Assembly (NCBI GenBank): GCA_964601205.1 | Contig: CAZRML010000010.1 | Span: 8,649-72,648, forward strand | Direction of reading: 5' to 3' | Source: an uncultured Actinomycetota bacterium | Lineage (GTDB): Bacteria; Actinomycetota; Humimicrobiia; Humimicrobiales; Humimicrobiaceae | DNA: 64,000 nt | Shown: positions 1 to 10,208 of the stretch, piece after piece | How the letters are laid out: every line of letters begins with the position of its first letter | Position numbering within the stretch: position 1 is the stretch's first letter | The notes under the pieces: model-generated | Database searches by the model: none | Told to the model about the DNA's origin: nothing | Seen by the model: only the letters and a program-made list of their open reading frames with translations | Translations under genes and position numbers: made by a program

Positions 1-1215
1 TATTGCAGATGCAGCTGCCACCGCAGGACCGCTCAGGTATACTTTACTTTCAGGATGTCCCATCCTTCCCACAAAGTTCCTATTGGTTGTGGAAACTGCT
101 ACCTCGCCTTCAGCCAGTACACCCATATGGCCTCCAAGGCAGGGTCCACAGGTAGGTGTGCTCACCGCGCAGCCGGAATTAATAAAAGTCTCAATATATC
201 CTTTCCTGAGAGCCTCAAGATATATATTCTGGGTCGCAGGAATTACTATGGTCCTTAAATTATCGTTCACTTTTTTATTTTTTAAGATTTCTGCGGCGAT
301 CCTCAGATCTTCAACCCTCCCATTGGTGCAGGAGCCTATCACCACCTGGTCAATTTTAACATCTGATAAATCCTTTGCATTCCTGGCGTTGGATGGAAGA
401 TGCGGGGTTGACACCTGGAGTTCTATATCTGAACAATCTATATTATATATTTTCTCATATTCTGCATCGGGGTCGCTATAAAATACTTTATAGTTTCCGT
501 CGGACCTTGACTCTAAAAACTCTTCTGTTTTTTTATCCACCCTGAATATCCCGAACTTTCCCCCTGCTTCTATTGCCATATTGGACATGGTAAATCTGGA
601 ATCCATAGAAAGTTTGTCTATGGCAGGCCCGCTGAATTCCATTGATTTATAAAGTGCTCCATCCACTCCAATCAAACCAATTGTGTACAGAATAAGGTCC
701 TTGCCGGTTATCCATTTCTTTAAATCTCCCGAATAAATAAATTTAATGCTGCCCGGAACCATAAACCAGAGCCTGCCTGTGGCCATTGCCACAGCAGCAT
801 CAGTGCTTCCAACTCCTGTTGAGGCGGCTCCGAGCGCGCCATATGTACAGGTATGTGAATCAGCTCCTACCACCAGATTACCCGGAAGCACCAGTCCTAA
901 CTCAGGCAGCAATGCATGCTCTATACCCATTCTGCCAACTTCAAAATAATTTTTAATATTATGCTTCCTGGCAAACTCCCTTATAAACTTGCACTGCTGT
1001 GCGGATTTTATATCTTTATTTGGAGCAAAATGGTCGGGCACTATAACCACCTTTTCCCTATCAAACACTTCCCCTTTCCCTATCTTCTCAAATTCTTCTA
1101 TGGCTATAGGCATGGTTATATCATTGGCAAGCACAATATCCACATTTGCATTTACTATCTCACCCACAGATACATACTCTCTTCCGCAGTGCTCTGCGAG
1201 TATCTTTTGTGCCAT
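1..1215 (-). CDS. leuC: 3-isopropylmalate dehydratase large subunit, archaeal/small-type LeuC; C-terminus runs off the window start
   Basis: My reverse-strand translation begins [38 protein letters not shown], with ATG at 1215-1213. It carries aconitase-family motifs ([16 protein letters not shown]) and ends ...[14 protein letters not shown] at base 1, with no stop. It was absent from the ORF track because it has no in-window stop. Confidence 0.8.
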   Translation of the reverse strand, partial: MAQKILAEHCGREYVSVGEIVNANVDIVLANDITMPIAIEEFEKIGKGEVFDREKVVIVPDHFAPNKDIKSAQQCKFIREFARKHNIKNYFEVGRMGIEHALLPELGLVLPGNLVVGADSHTCTYGALGAASTGVGSTDAAVAMATGRLWFMVPGSIKFIYSGDLKKWITGKDLILYTIGLIGVDGALYKSMEFSGPAIDKLSMDSRFTMSNMAIEAGGKFGIFRVDKKTEEFLESRSDGNYKVFYSDPDAEYEKIYNIDCSDIELQVSTPHLPSNARNAKDLSDVKIDQVVIGSCTNGRVEDLRIAAEILKNKKVNDNLRTIVIPATQNIYLEALRKGYIETFINSGCAVSTPTCGPCLGGHMGVLAEGEVAVSTTNRNFVGRMGHPESKVYLSGPAVAAASAI

Positions 1216-1302
1216 TGTCTGCGGCTTATTTTTTTTGCTGTTCACTCTTATGTAATTCCTTTCTAATAATCTCACATGATAACAATATAAAACCTCAAAA
1301 GC

Positions 1303-2826
1303 TCAATTATTCTTCGTCTCTACAATCCTATTCATGGCTCCAATATATGCCTTTATACTGGCCTCAACTATATCCGTGCTTATACCGTTGCCCATGACTT
1401 CAACACCATTGGTACTTACCACTACCTTAACCGAGCCCAGGGCATCTTTCCCGCCGGATACGGCTTCTATATTATATTCCACCAACTTCACTTTCATTTT
1501 TGTTATTTTATCAATAGCTTTAAATGAAGAATCAACCGGCCCGTCTCCTTCTGAGGTACTCTCGTGTAGTTTACCATCTATTTCTATACCTACCGAAGAA
1601 GTAGCCTTAATATCTGAACCGCTTTTAACCCTGTAATATTTAAGCTGGAAATGCTCCTCAACCCCGCGTATTTCATTTTCTACTATCGCTTTTATATCCT
1701 GGTCATTTATAGCCCCTTTTTTTTCTGCTAGTTCTTTAAACCTCTCAAAAGCTTTTTCCATTTTTTTCCCGTCAAGCTGTATCCCTATTTCTGACAGTCT
1801 TCCTGCAAACGCATGCCTTCCTGAATGTTTGCCCAGTACAAGTTCCGATGACTTTAAACCAATATCTTCCGGTCTTATTATTTCATAAGTGGACCTGTCC
1901 TTTAGCATCCCGTCCTGATGTATGCCCGCTTCATGACTGAATGCATTTTTCCCTACTATCGCTTTATTGGGTGCAACAATATAACCGGTTAAAGACTTCA
2001 CCATACTGCTTGTCCTCGTAATCTCACCAATATTGATATCGGTATATAATCCCAGGTCTTTTTCCCTTGTGTCAATAACCATTACTATTTCTTCGAGTGA
2101 GGCATTGCCCGCTCTTTCACCAATACCATTTACCGCACACTCTACCTGTCTTGCGCCATGCTTGACAGCAGCAAGTGAATTGGCAACTGCAAGCCCAAGG
2201 TCATTATGACAGTGGACGCTGACCACAACATTTTCAACTCCGGAAGTATTCTCAAATATATAGTCTATTAACTGCCCGAACTCGTCGGGAATTGTATATC
2301 CAACCGTATCCGGAACATTTATCACGCTGGCCCCGTTTTTAATAGCAACTTCAAACAATTTGCAGAGAAATACACGGTCGCTCCTGGTTGCATCCATAGC
2401 TGAAAACTCAACCGTATCTGTATATTTAAGGCTCCTTTTTACTGCTTCAGCTGCAAGCTCAAGCACTTCTTCCCTGCTTTTTTTTAACTGATATTTAAGA
2501 TGAATATCAGACGATGATATAAAAGTATGTATTACCGGCAGGGCAGCTCCTTTAAGCGCTTCTCCCGCAGTATCTATATCCTTAAAATTGGCCCTGGCCA
2601 GGGCTGCCACTTTTCTGTCCTTAATTTTAGCCGATATTTCTTTTACAGAATTAAAATCGCTTTTTGATGAGATTGGAAAACCTGCCTCTATTATATCCAC
2701 ATTTAATTTAGCAAGCTGTTGCCCAATTTCTAATTTCTCCCCGGTATTTAGATGAATACCCGGTGCCTGCTCCCCATCACGAAGAGTAGTATCAAAGATA
2801 TGGACCTTATTTTTTACACTTTTCAT
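1303..2826 (-). CDS. leuA: 2-isopropylmalate synthase / (R)-citramalate synthase family (LeuA-type, 507 aa, with C-terminal LeuA-dimer regulatory domain)
   Basis: The N-terminus HIFDTTLRDGEQAPG is the DRE-TIM metallolyase signature. HCHNDLGLAVANSLAAV is the second metal-binding motif. The length fits and it is immediately upstream of leuC. Confidence 0.75.
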   Translation of the reverse strand: MKSVKNKVHIFDTTLRDGEQAPGIHLNTGEKLEIGQQLAKLNVDIIEAGFPISSKSDFNSVKEISAKIKDRKVAALARANFKDIDTAGEALKGAALPVIHTFISSSDIHLKYQLKKSREEVLELAAEAVKRSLKYTDTVEFSAMDATRSDRVFLCKLFEVAIKNGASVINVPDTVGYTIPDEFGQLIDYIFENTSGVENVVVSVHCHNDLGLAVANSLAAVKHGARQVECAVNGIGERAGNASLEEIVMVIDTREKDLGLYTDINIGEITRTSSMVKSLTGYIVAPNKAIVGKNAFSHEAGIHQDGMLKDRSTYEIIRPEDIGLKSSELVLGKHSGRHAFAGRLSEIGIQLDGKKMEKAFERFKELAEKKGAINDQDIKAIVENEIRGVEEHFQLKYYRVKSGSDIKATSSVGIEIDGKLHESTSEGDGPVDSSFKAIDKITKMKVKLVEYNIEAVSGGKDALGSVKVVVSTNGVEVMGNGISTDIVEASIKAYIGAMNRIVETKNN

Positions 2827-2943
2827 TACTAACCACTTACTTTCTATTCCAATAAACGCACCCCTGGATTTCTTTAATCCCTGTAATGCTTTTTAAATTA
2901 TTATCACCAGATATATCTTTTATCTCAAATTACTTAAAACTAT

Positions 2944-4542
2944 TCACTGGTAAAGATTGACTATCTTTATATTTTTAAAGCCTGTTAATCCCTTAAATTC
3001 TTCAAGTATCTCCGGAGTTACTTCGTTGTCCAGATTCAACCCCATGACTGCATCCCCGCTTAACTTCTTCCTGCCCACATGCATTGATGCAATATTTACT
3101 CCGAGTTTTCCAAAAGCAGTTCCTATTTTTCCTATCTGACCGGGGATATCCTTATATTTTATAAATGCCATATACCTGGAAGGAACCATATCTATTTCAA
3201 ATTTATCTATGGCTATAAATCTCGGGGTATCCTTTTTACCGGTAGTCGTCGCTGAAATAGAGAGCTCACCATTTCTGCCCTCTCCTGCCAGAGTGATCAA
3301 GTTCACATAATCTTTTGATTCGCCGCTTTTTTCCTCTTTCACCTTCAGGCCCATCCCCCTTGCCAGCAGGTCTGCATTTACCAGATTAACGTTCTCCGCT
3401 GAATATCTTTCAAGTATTTTTACCAGTATGAGGGAAGTCAGAATCCTTACATCAAATTCCGATACCCTGCCAAAATACCCTATTTTAAGGCTATTCAGAT
3501 TGCCCTCAAATAAATTTACAAAAAGGCTGCCCAGGTCTTCACACAGCTCAAAGAAAGGCCTGAGGATATCCATAAGTTCCGGCCTAATAGCAGGCGCATT
3601 TACAGGAAAGGCAGCTGTCCTTCCATTTAAAACATCTATAACCTGGTCAGCAATTATAGTTCCTGCCCTGTCCTGGGCTTCTTCCGTGGACGCTCCCAGA
3701 TGAGGGGTGCATACAACTTTTTCCAACTTAAAAACAGGCGAGTCAGTACATGGCTCTTTCTCGTAAACATCAAGCGCCGCTCCCCCTAACTGACCATCTT
3801 CAATGGCTTCTGCAAGATCTTTTTCAACTATAATTCCGCCTCTCGCTACATTCAGGACAATGGCCCCCTTTTTCATTTTATATAATTCCTTCTTATTAAA
3901 CATCCCTATAGTATCCTTATTCTTGGGAAGATGTATAGAAATAAAATCAGCTTCACTGTAAAGGTCCTCCAGTTTATTGGCTTTTTTTATCTCAAGCTGC
4001 CTGAACCTATCCTCGGAAACAAAAGGGTCATAGGCAATAACCTTTATACCCAGACAAATAGCTTTCCTGGCAACCAGCCCTCCTATTTGCCCGAAACCGA
4101 TTATTCCCAGGGTCTTTCCCTCAAGCTCTATGCCTTTAAATTTTGATTTTTCCCATTTTCCGCTTTTCAGAGAAAAATTAGCTTCTGGAATTTTTCTGGC
4201 AACTGAAAGCAGCAATGCTATTGTATGCTCTGCCACAGTAACTGCATTACTGGTAGGAGCATTAACCACCAGAATTCCTTTCCTGGTAGCAGTTGAGACG
4301 TCAATATTATCCACCCCTATCCCCGCTCTTCCTATAACTTCCAGCCTGTCAGAAGCTTCAATAATATCTGCTGTAAGCCTGGTGGCACTTCTTATAATTA
4401 CCGCATTTATACCTTTAATTACCTCTTTAAGCTTTTCTGGCGTAAGGTTCTTATTATCCTCCACCACAAAATGCTGCTCCAGCTTTTTCCTGGACTCTTC
4501 TGAAATACCGTCGGTAATTAATACTTTCTTATTCATATTCAT
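2944..4542 (-). CDS. serA: D-3-phosphoglycerate dehydrogenase, long form with ASB and ACT domains
   Basis: A 2-hydroxyacid dehydrogenase NAD-binding GxGxxG (GIIGFGQIGG) and a catalytic histidine region are present. The C-terminal ACT-like region and the 532-aa length are typical of type-I SerA. Confidence 0.8.
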   Translation of the reverse strand: MNMNKKVLITDGISEESRKKLEQHFVVEDNKNLTPEKLKEVIKGINAVIIRSATRLTADIIEASDRLEVIGRAGIGVDNIDVSTATRKGILVVNAPTSNAVTVAEHTIALLLSVARKIPEANFSLKSGKWEKSKFKGIELEGKTLGIIGFGQIGGLVARKAICLGIKVIAYDPFVSEDRFRQLEIKKANKLEDLYSEADFISIHLPKNKDTIGMFNKKELYKMKKGAIVLNVARGGIIVEKDLAEAIEDGQLGGAALDVYEKEPCTDSPVFKLEKVVCTPHLGASTEEAQDRAGTIIADQVIDVLNGRTAAFPVNAPAIRPELMDILRPFFELCEDLGSLFVNLFEGNLNSLKIGYFGRVSEFDVRILTSLILVKILERYSAENVNLVNADLLARGMGLKVKEEKSGESKDYVNLITLAGEGRNGELSISATTTGKKDTPRFIAIDKFEIDMVPSRYMAFIKYKDIPGQIGKIGTAFGKLGVNIASMHVGRKKLSGDAVMGLNLDNEVTPEILEEFKGLTGFKNIKIVNLYQ

Positions 4543-4569
4543 TCACCCTTAAATTCTATTTTTAAGTTT

Positions 4570-5736
4570 TCAAGAATCAAGATAATTATTTTCCATAAAT
4601 ATCTTTTCTGCTGCTGTAATTCCCGAGCCTATCTCAAATTTAAATCCGAGTTCTTCTAACGTCATCTCCAGTGCACTGATTGCAATAATAACATCAAACA
4701 TTCCAAAATATCCAAGATGCCCTATTCTTATTATTTTTCCCGAAAGTTTTCCCTGCCCTCCGGCAATGGTCACGCCATATTTTACTCTCATAATTTTAGT
4801 AAGTTCCCTGGCATCAATTCCTTCCGGAACATTAATGGAAGTTACCGAGTATCCCCTTTTATCTCTGTCTTTAACCAGAAGTTCCAGCCCGAGTTTTTCT
4901 GCTGCTTTCTGCGTGGCGAGTGCCATTACTCTGTGCCTGTTAAAGACTTTCTCCAGCCCTTCTTCCAGTAATAAATCCAGTGCCTTATTCATGGATACGA
5001 TTATTGATATGCCCGGAGTCCAGGGTGATTGCGGCGGTGTTTTATGTAAATAATTTCTTGCCGTTGCCAGATCAAAATAAAACCTGGGAATATCTGACTT
5101 TTCATTAAGCTTCCATGCTTTATCGCTAACGCTGATAAATGCAATTCCCGTTGGTGCGCTTAATGCCTTCTGGGAGCCGCCAATTACGACATCAAGGTTC
5201 CACTCGTCGGTCCTGAGGTCTGACGCTCCCAGGCCGCTTATGGCATCTACTATAAAAATTGCGGGATAATTTTTTACTATACCGGCTATAACTTCAACAT
5301 CATTTAAAGCTCCGGTTGATGTTTCACTAAACTGCAGTATTACTCCTTTTATCCCGGGATTTTCATCCAGAATCTTTTTAATATCACCGGGTTCTGCTGT
5401 ATCACCCCACTCATAATCAAGGGAAAATACCTCCAGACCGTATTTTACGGTCATCTTCTTAAATCTTTCACCAAAATTACCAATATTTACAACCAGAACT
5501 GCATCACCCCTGGAAAAGAAATTTACTATACTTGCCTCCATGGCGCCTGTCCCTGAAGAAGTCAGTATAAAAACATCATTTTTAGTTTGTAATAATCTCT
5601 TTAGCTTATCGGTCACCTCAACAAAAATTTTTGAAAATTCAGGAGACCTGTGATGCATAAGAGGCCTGGCATGTTCAAGTAAAACTTCCTCGGATATAGG
5701 CGTGGGTCCCGGAGTCATTACATATTTTTTTATCAT
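4570..5736 (-). CDS. class V aminotransferase (phosphoserine aminotransferase / serine-glyoxylate aminotransferase, AGXT-like)
   Basis: It has a class-V PLP aminotransferase fold (SSGTGAMEA; the GGSQKALSAPTG lysine region). It is adjacent and co-directional to serA, so a SerC-type role is inferred. Confidence 0.65.
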   Translation of the reverse strand: MIKKYVMTPGPTPISEEVLLEHARPLMHHRSPEFSKIFVEVTDKLKRLLQTKNDVFILTSSGTGAMEASIVNFFSRGDAVLVVNIGNFGERFKKMTVKYGLEVFSLDYEWGDTAEPGDIKKILDENPGIKGVILQFSETSTGALNDVEVIAGIVKNYPAIFIVDAISGLGASDLRTDEWNLDVVIGGSQKALSAPTGIAFISVSDKAWKLNEKSDIPRFYFDLATARNYLHKTPPQSPWTPGISIIVSMNKALDLLLEEGLEKVFNRHRVMALATQKAAEKLGLELLVKDRDKRGYSVTSINVPEGIDARELTKIMRVKYGVTIAGGQGKLSGKIIRIGHLGYFGMFDVIIAISALEMTLEELGFKFEIGSGITAAEKIFMENNYLDS

Positions 5737-5928
5737 ACTTTCCCCTTCTAAAAAAGTTTTTTACAATTTTTATTTAAAACAATGAAATCCAGAATAAATT
5801 CCTGACCTTTCAACCCGTACATTTTTCCTGCAATCTATTATTCTAACCGGGCTTTTATTTACCAGAACATAAATATTCCCATATTAATAATTACAAACTT
5901 CTCCGCGACCGTTCTATCCTAAATTGAT

Positions 5929-6411
5929 TTAATACTTGCTGCCTCTTGTACACGCTATTTTGCCCGTCCTTACCAGCTCAAGTATTCCAAAAGGCTTTAA
6001 CAGGTCTTCAAGGGCTTTAATCTTACTGGTGCTTCCAGTAATTTCAATTATTAGCGTCTTTTTACCCACATCCACTATATTTGCCCGGAAAATGCTTACA
6101 ATTTCCAGTATTTCTGGCCTGACTTTTGAATCGGCGTTGACTTTTATAAGCACCAGCTCTCTTTCCACAATATTTTTAGGGTCCAGTTCTTTAATTTTTA
6201 TTACATTGATTAGTTTGTACAGCTGTTTTATCACCTGTTCAATACTCTGTTCTTCAGCTTCAACCTCCATTGTAATCCTTGAAGTTTTCTCATTTTCTGT
6301 TGGACCTACCGCAAGGCTTTCAATATTAAATCCTCTCCTGCTAAAAAGGCCGGATATTTTTGCCAGTACGCCTGCCCTATTCTCAACTAAAACCGAAATA
6401 ATATGATTCAT
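5929..6411 (-). CDS. ilvH: acetolactate synthase small (regulatory) subunit
   Basis: The N-terminal ACT domain reads HIISVLVENRAGVLAKISGLFSRRGFNIESL. It is 160 aa and lies directly downstream of the large subunit. Confidence 0.8.
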   Translation of the reverse strand: MNHIISVLVENRAGVLAKISGLFSRRGFNIESLAVGPTENEKTSRITMEVEAEEQSIEQVIKQLYKLINVIKIKELDPKNIVERELVLIKVNADSKVRPEILEIVSIFRANIVDVGKKTLIIEITGSTSKIKALEDLLKPFGILELVRTGKIACTRGSKY

Positions 6412-6442
6412 AATATCACCTGCTATTCATATAAGTTTTTCT

Positions 6443-8137
6443 CTAAATACAATCTAACATATCACCTATTGAGGAACCCGGTGCTACCATAGGATATACG
6501 TTCTCCTCTTTTTCTATCCAGAAATCAACCAGAACTACCCTATCAATTTCAAGAGCTTTTTTGATGGCACCTTCTATTTCATCTTTTTTTGTAACCCTTA
6601 AACCGACTCCCCCATATGCCTCAATTAGTTTTACGAAATCAACACTTCCATCAATTGAGGTACTGGAATATCTCTTATTCCAGAATAACTCCTGCCACTG
6701 TCTGACCATGCCAAGATAACCATTGTTAAGAAGCATAATCTTAATATTTATTTTATTTGCAACTGCAGTAGCAAGCTCCTGGGAGACCATCTGTATGCTC
6801 CCATCACCGGCTATATCAACCACCACTTTATCCGGCATTCCTGCTTTTGCACCAATTGACGCAGGCAGACCAAAACCCATGGTTCCGAGCCCACCCGAAG
6901 TTATGAGTGTCCTTGGCCTGGTAAATTTATAAAACTGCGCTGCCCACATCTGGTTCTGGCCAACTTCTGTGCATACAATTGCATCTCCCCGGGTTAATTC
7001 ATATATTTTTTCCACAATATAAGCGGGTTTAACTCCGTCTGAATCTCTGTCGTATCTCAATGGATGATCCTCTTTTAATTTTTTAATTCTTGATAGCCAC
7101 CCTTTCCTGTCAGGCTTTCCCTTTTTGTCAGTATATTTTTCATATTCATTTTTTAAATCAGTAAGAACAACTTTTGCATCTCCTACAATAGGAATCAGGG
7201 CCCTGATATTTTTACCAATCTCTGCAGGGTCAATATCTATATGGATTATTTCCGCTTCCGGCGCAAACTCTGATAGCTTACCCGTGACTCTATCGTCAAA
7301 TCTAACCCCTACCGCGATAATGAGGTCTGTTTCTGTAAAAGCCAGATTCGCATACTTTGTCCCGTGCATTCCGGCCATGCTTAAAGATAAGGGGTCTGTT
7401 TCCGGAAAAGAGCCCATCCCCAGAAGTGAGTTTATTACCGGAATTTTACTGACTTCCACAAATTTTCGCAAAGCCTCACTTGCATTTGATAAAATTACCC
7501 CTCCACCTGAAAAAATTACAGGTTTTTTGCTCTTCGCTATTTTTTTTGCTGCTTCTTTAATCTGTTTGAGGTTACCTCTGAGAGTTGGCTTATATCCGGG
7601 TAGCTCTATAGCCACTTTAAAGTTCTCATCAATTAAATCAGTAGTCAGGTCAACGGGTATATCAACTAAAACCGGACCCGGCCTTCCGGTGGACGCGACT
7701 AAAAATGCTTCCTTTATAACCTGCGGTAAATCCCTAATATCTTTTACCAGATAATTCTGCTTGGTTATTGGAGCAGTTATGCCTGTTATATCTGCTTCCT
7801 GAAAAGCATCTGTTCCAATCAGGTTGGTTCTGACCTGTCCTGTTATAGCAACTACCGGTATTGAATCCATCTGGGCATTGGCAATTCCTGTTACCAGATT
7901 GGTCCCGCCCGGTCCTGATGTTGCTATACAAACACCGGTTTTCCCGGTTGCCCTGGCATAACCATCCGCTGCATGCACCGCTCCCTGTTCATGTCTTACC
8001 AGTATATGTCTGATATCACTTTCATATAATGCATCATACAGGGGAATGACTGCACCGCCGGGATAGCCAAATATGACCTCTACACCCTCTTGTTTTAAAC
8101 ATTTTACTATCATCTGTGCGCCACTTATTTTACTCAT
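6443..8137 (-). CDS. ilvB: acetolactate synthase large (catalytic) subunit, ThDP/FAD-dependent
   Basis: SGAQMIVKCLKQEGVEVIFGYPGG and GPGGTNLVTG are present, together with the ThDP-binding motif GDGSIQM...NN. It is 564 aa. Confidence 0.85.
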   Translation of the reverse strand: MSKISGAQMIVKCLKQEGVEVIFGYPGGAVIPLYDALYESDIRHILVRHEQGAVHAADGYARATGKTGVCIATSGPGGTNLVTGIANAQMDSIPVVAITGQVRTNLIGTDAFQEADITGITAPITKQNYLVKDIRDLPQVIKEAFLVASTGRPGPVLVDIPVDLTTDLIDENFKVAIELPGYKPTLRGNLKQIKEAAKKIAKSKKPVIFSGGGVILSNASEALRKFVEVSKIPVINSLLGMGSFPETDPLSLSMAGMHGTKYANLAFTETDLIIAVGVRFDDRVTGKLSEFAPEAEIIHIDIDPAEIGKNIRALIPIVGDAKVVLTDLKNEYEKYTDKKGKPDRKGWLSRIKKLKEDHPLRYDRDSDGVKPAYIVEKIYELTRGDAIVCTEVGQNQMWAAQFYKFTRPRTLITSGGLGTMGFGLPASIGAKAGMPDKVVVDIAGDGSIQMVSQELATAVANKINIKIMLLNNGYLGMVRQWQELFWNKRYSSTSIDGSVDFVKLIEAYGGVGLRVTKKDEIEGAIKKALEIDRVVLVDFWIEKEENVYPMVAPGSSIGDMLDCI

Positions 8138-8654
8138 AATAAAATCACCCCTGTACTTGTAACAACATTATAACAAATAATTTTGATAATTATATCACTT
8201 TTATCTGACTTTTTATAATTTATTTTTAAAAAATTTATAACCATAAAATATTTAAATATGATACTGCTCAATTTATCACCTGCCAGTTTTACTCCCTTTA
8301 TATTTTAGAATTATATTTTCAAAATATCCCGATTATAAGGTATACAGAAATAAGAGTTACTTATAAAAGAATTCTCAGGATTATTGCTTCTAATATGCTG
8401 GTAACAACTATCCTGAAAATTAGGATAGGATACCGACCAGAAGTAATAGACAGACTAAAATTAAAAGAATACAAACAGAAACGGTAGCAGCATTATTTAT
8501 ACTAATCCAGCCGCTCCGACTTTTAAAACAGTTATTAGAGAACCTGTTTCCCAATCTTTTCAAAAATACTTCTCTATTTGTATCCATAATAATTATTAAA
8601 AGTTTATTTGAGGAAATATAATAACATAGATAAATTACTAAAACAATTAGAAAA

Positions 8655-8707
8655 TAAAATAATTACAAAAAATAGAGTTTAAGCTTTTTATAAGCTTAAA
8701 CTCTATT
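8655..8707 (-). terminator. rho-independent terminator downstream of the protease gene
   Basis: A perfect 16-bp inverted repeat AATAGAGTTTAAGCTT/AAGCTTAAACTCTATT (8671-8686 and 8692-8707) flanks a 5-nt loop. On the minus strand it is followed by TTTTGTAATTATTTTATTTT. The upstream gene stop is at 8796. Confidence 0.55.
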
Positions 8708-8795
8708 TGCCAGGCTGCTCCTTATACTCTTTTACCCCTGATAGAATTACTTTATTTTTTTAGTCTGTATAATTTTTATTATTGTAACTAAAACA

Positions 8796-9920
8796 TTACT
8801 CAACAATATTAATTTCAGTCCCTTCTTTAAACTCCTCTTCTTCCTCTCTATTTATTGCTTCCTGGGATTTTGACCTGTACTCCTGCGCCAGCAGATGTCC
8901 CTGATTTAAATTCAATACTGCATTCAAATTTTCTATGGCTTCAGAGTAATATTTTAATCTGTACATAATTAGGCCCTGTTTAAATTCTTCATCCACCATT
9001 CCCTGTTCATTGGTAACTCCATTTTTACTCAACATGGCAGCAACATCAGAGCTGGGCCTTAAAAAATTTACATTTTCAGTCGTACCCATAGTAAGTACCC
9101 CGATCACTCCTCCGCTGTCATTTAAAACAGGACTTCCACTATTGCCGGGAGCTGCTGTTATATCAACCTGTATCACTTCAGTGCCACCCACCATCCTTTT
9201 TGCGCTGGTCACACCGGATGCCACAGTGGGGGTCATTATGCTTTCTACGCTTACCTCTGCTGTCCATGGATATCCAATAATGGTTATATTATCCTGAATC
9301 TCAGTCATTGAGGAATCACCGAGCATAATGCCGGAAAGGGACCTTCCTGTAACCGGTGTTGTCCTGAGAATGGCTAAATCCCGCTGTTCCCACGGGCTCA
9401 GATCAATCAGTTCAGCTCTGGTATAATTTTCATTGGTGTTGTCAGGCAGACCGGCGGTTGCAGTATTAAACTGTACCCAGATCTCTCTATCAGGATCGGG
9501 ACCATTCTCACCCTCAATCCTGAAAGTGTTAAAAGCATTATCCCAGTCCTCATCAGTAAATGTGGTTACATCATAATAATCATTTATATATGCTTCTATT
9601 ATAGTATATTTTATTTCATCAACAGGTGTATCCACAACATGGCCTGCTGTAACTATATGCCCCGTATTCGGGTTTACACAGAATCCTGTCCCCCCGAGAG
9701 GTCCATAATAGTATAATTCACTCCATTCATCATACCAGGCATCGTATACATAAGCATAATAGTATGTAGCTATATAACAGACAGAAGGTTGTGCCAGAAT
9801 AACTCTATCCTGGGAAGTAATTTCATATGAGATTTCTTTTGTGCATCCGAAGACAGAAATGCCAGAGATAAAAACCAGAATTAATAATGGAACAAACAAC
9901 TTAATTATTGTTTTATTCAT
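8796..9920 (-). CDS. secreted/lipoprotein trypsin-like (S1 family) serine protease with C-terminal TPR-like segment and acidic tail
   Basis: The likely start is ATG 9920, giving MNKTIIKLFVPLLILVFISGISVFGC, a signal peptide with a lipobox-like Cys. A G-rich RBS sits just upstream. A catalytic triad is suggested by TAGHVVD and GNSGSPV. A Tyr/Trp-rich segment follows the signal peptide. Confidence 0.6.
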   Translation of the reverse strand: MNKTIIKLFVPLLILVFISGISVFGCTKEISYEITSQDRVILAQPSVCYIATYYYAYVYDAWYDEWSELYYYGPLGGTGFCVNPNTGHIVTAGHVVDTPVDEIKYTIIEAYINDYYDVTTFTDEDWDNAFNTFRIEGENGPDPDREIWVQFNTATAGLPDNTNENYTRAELIDLSPWEQRDLAILRTTPVTGRSLSGIMLGDSSMTEIQDNITIIGYPWTAEVSVESIMTPTVASGVTSAKRMVGGTEVIQVDITAAPGNSGSPVLNDSGGVIGVLTMGTTENVNFLRPSSDVAAMLSKNGVTNEQGMVDEEFKQGLIMYRLKYYSEAIENLNAVLNLNQGHLLAQEYRSKSQEAINREEEEEFKEGTEINIVE

Positions 9921-10208
9921 TACCCCCCCCTGTAACCTGAAATTGATATTGATAACAATATTTATAATCATACATATATTATAATTTAAATTATATTTTC
10001 TTTTTTTTTGAGAGTCAATAAAATTATTAAATCATTATTATATTTTTAATAATACTTATTATAAAAAATTTATAAAAATAATTATGAATAGTTAAAAATT
10101 ATGAAAATAACTTTCCTTTTTTAATATATCTACTTTAAAGACAGTCGTAATGGAACTTTTTCACTTCCCATCTTTCCAGGTTTAAATAACTTTCAGAAGC
10201 ACAAGATT

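Noticed and set aside
55-1397. Several plus-strand ORFs (67-132 aa) from the track
   Set aside because: They lie antisense to a continuous, well-conserved LeuC reading frame on the minus strand. They have no RBS and low-complexity translations.
8138-8250. Possible 34-codon Ile/Val-rich leader peptide ending at the ilvB ATG (MVINFLKINYKK...VIL)
   Set aside because: No Shine-Dalgarno precedes it. Ile/Val/Asn/Lys richness is expected from AT-rich DNA. No terminator/antiterminator pair follows it.
8138-8800. T-box riboswitch upstream of ilvB, and likewise upstream of ilvE at 11762-12316
   Set aside because: I could not find the conserved T-box sequence (AATTAGGGTGGNACCGCG) or a specifier-loop/antiterminator arrangement on the relevant strand.
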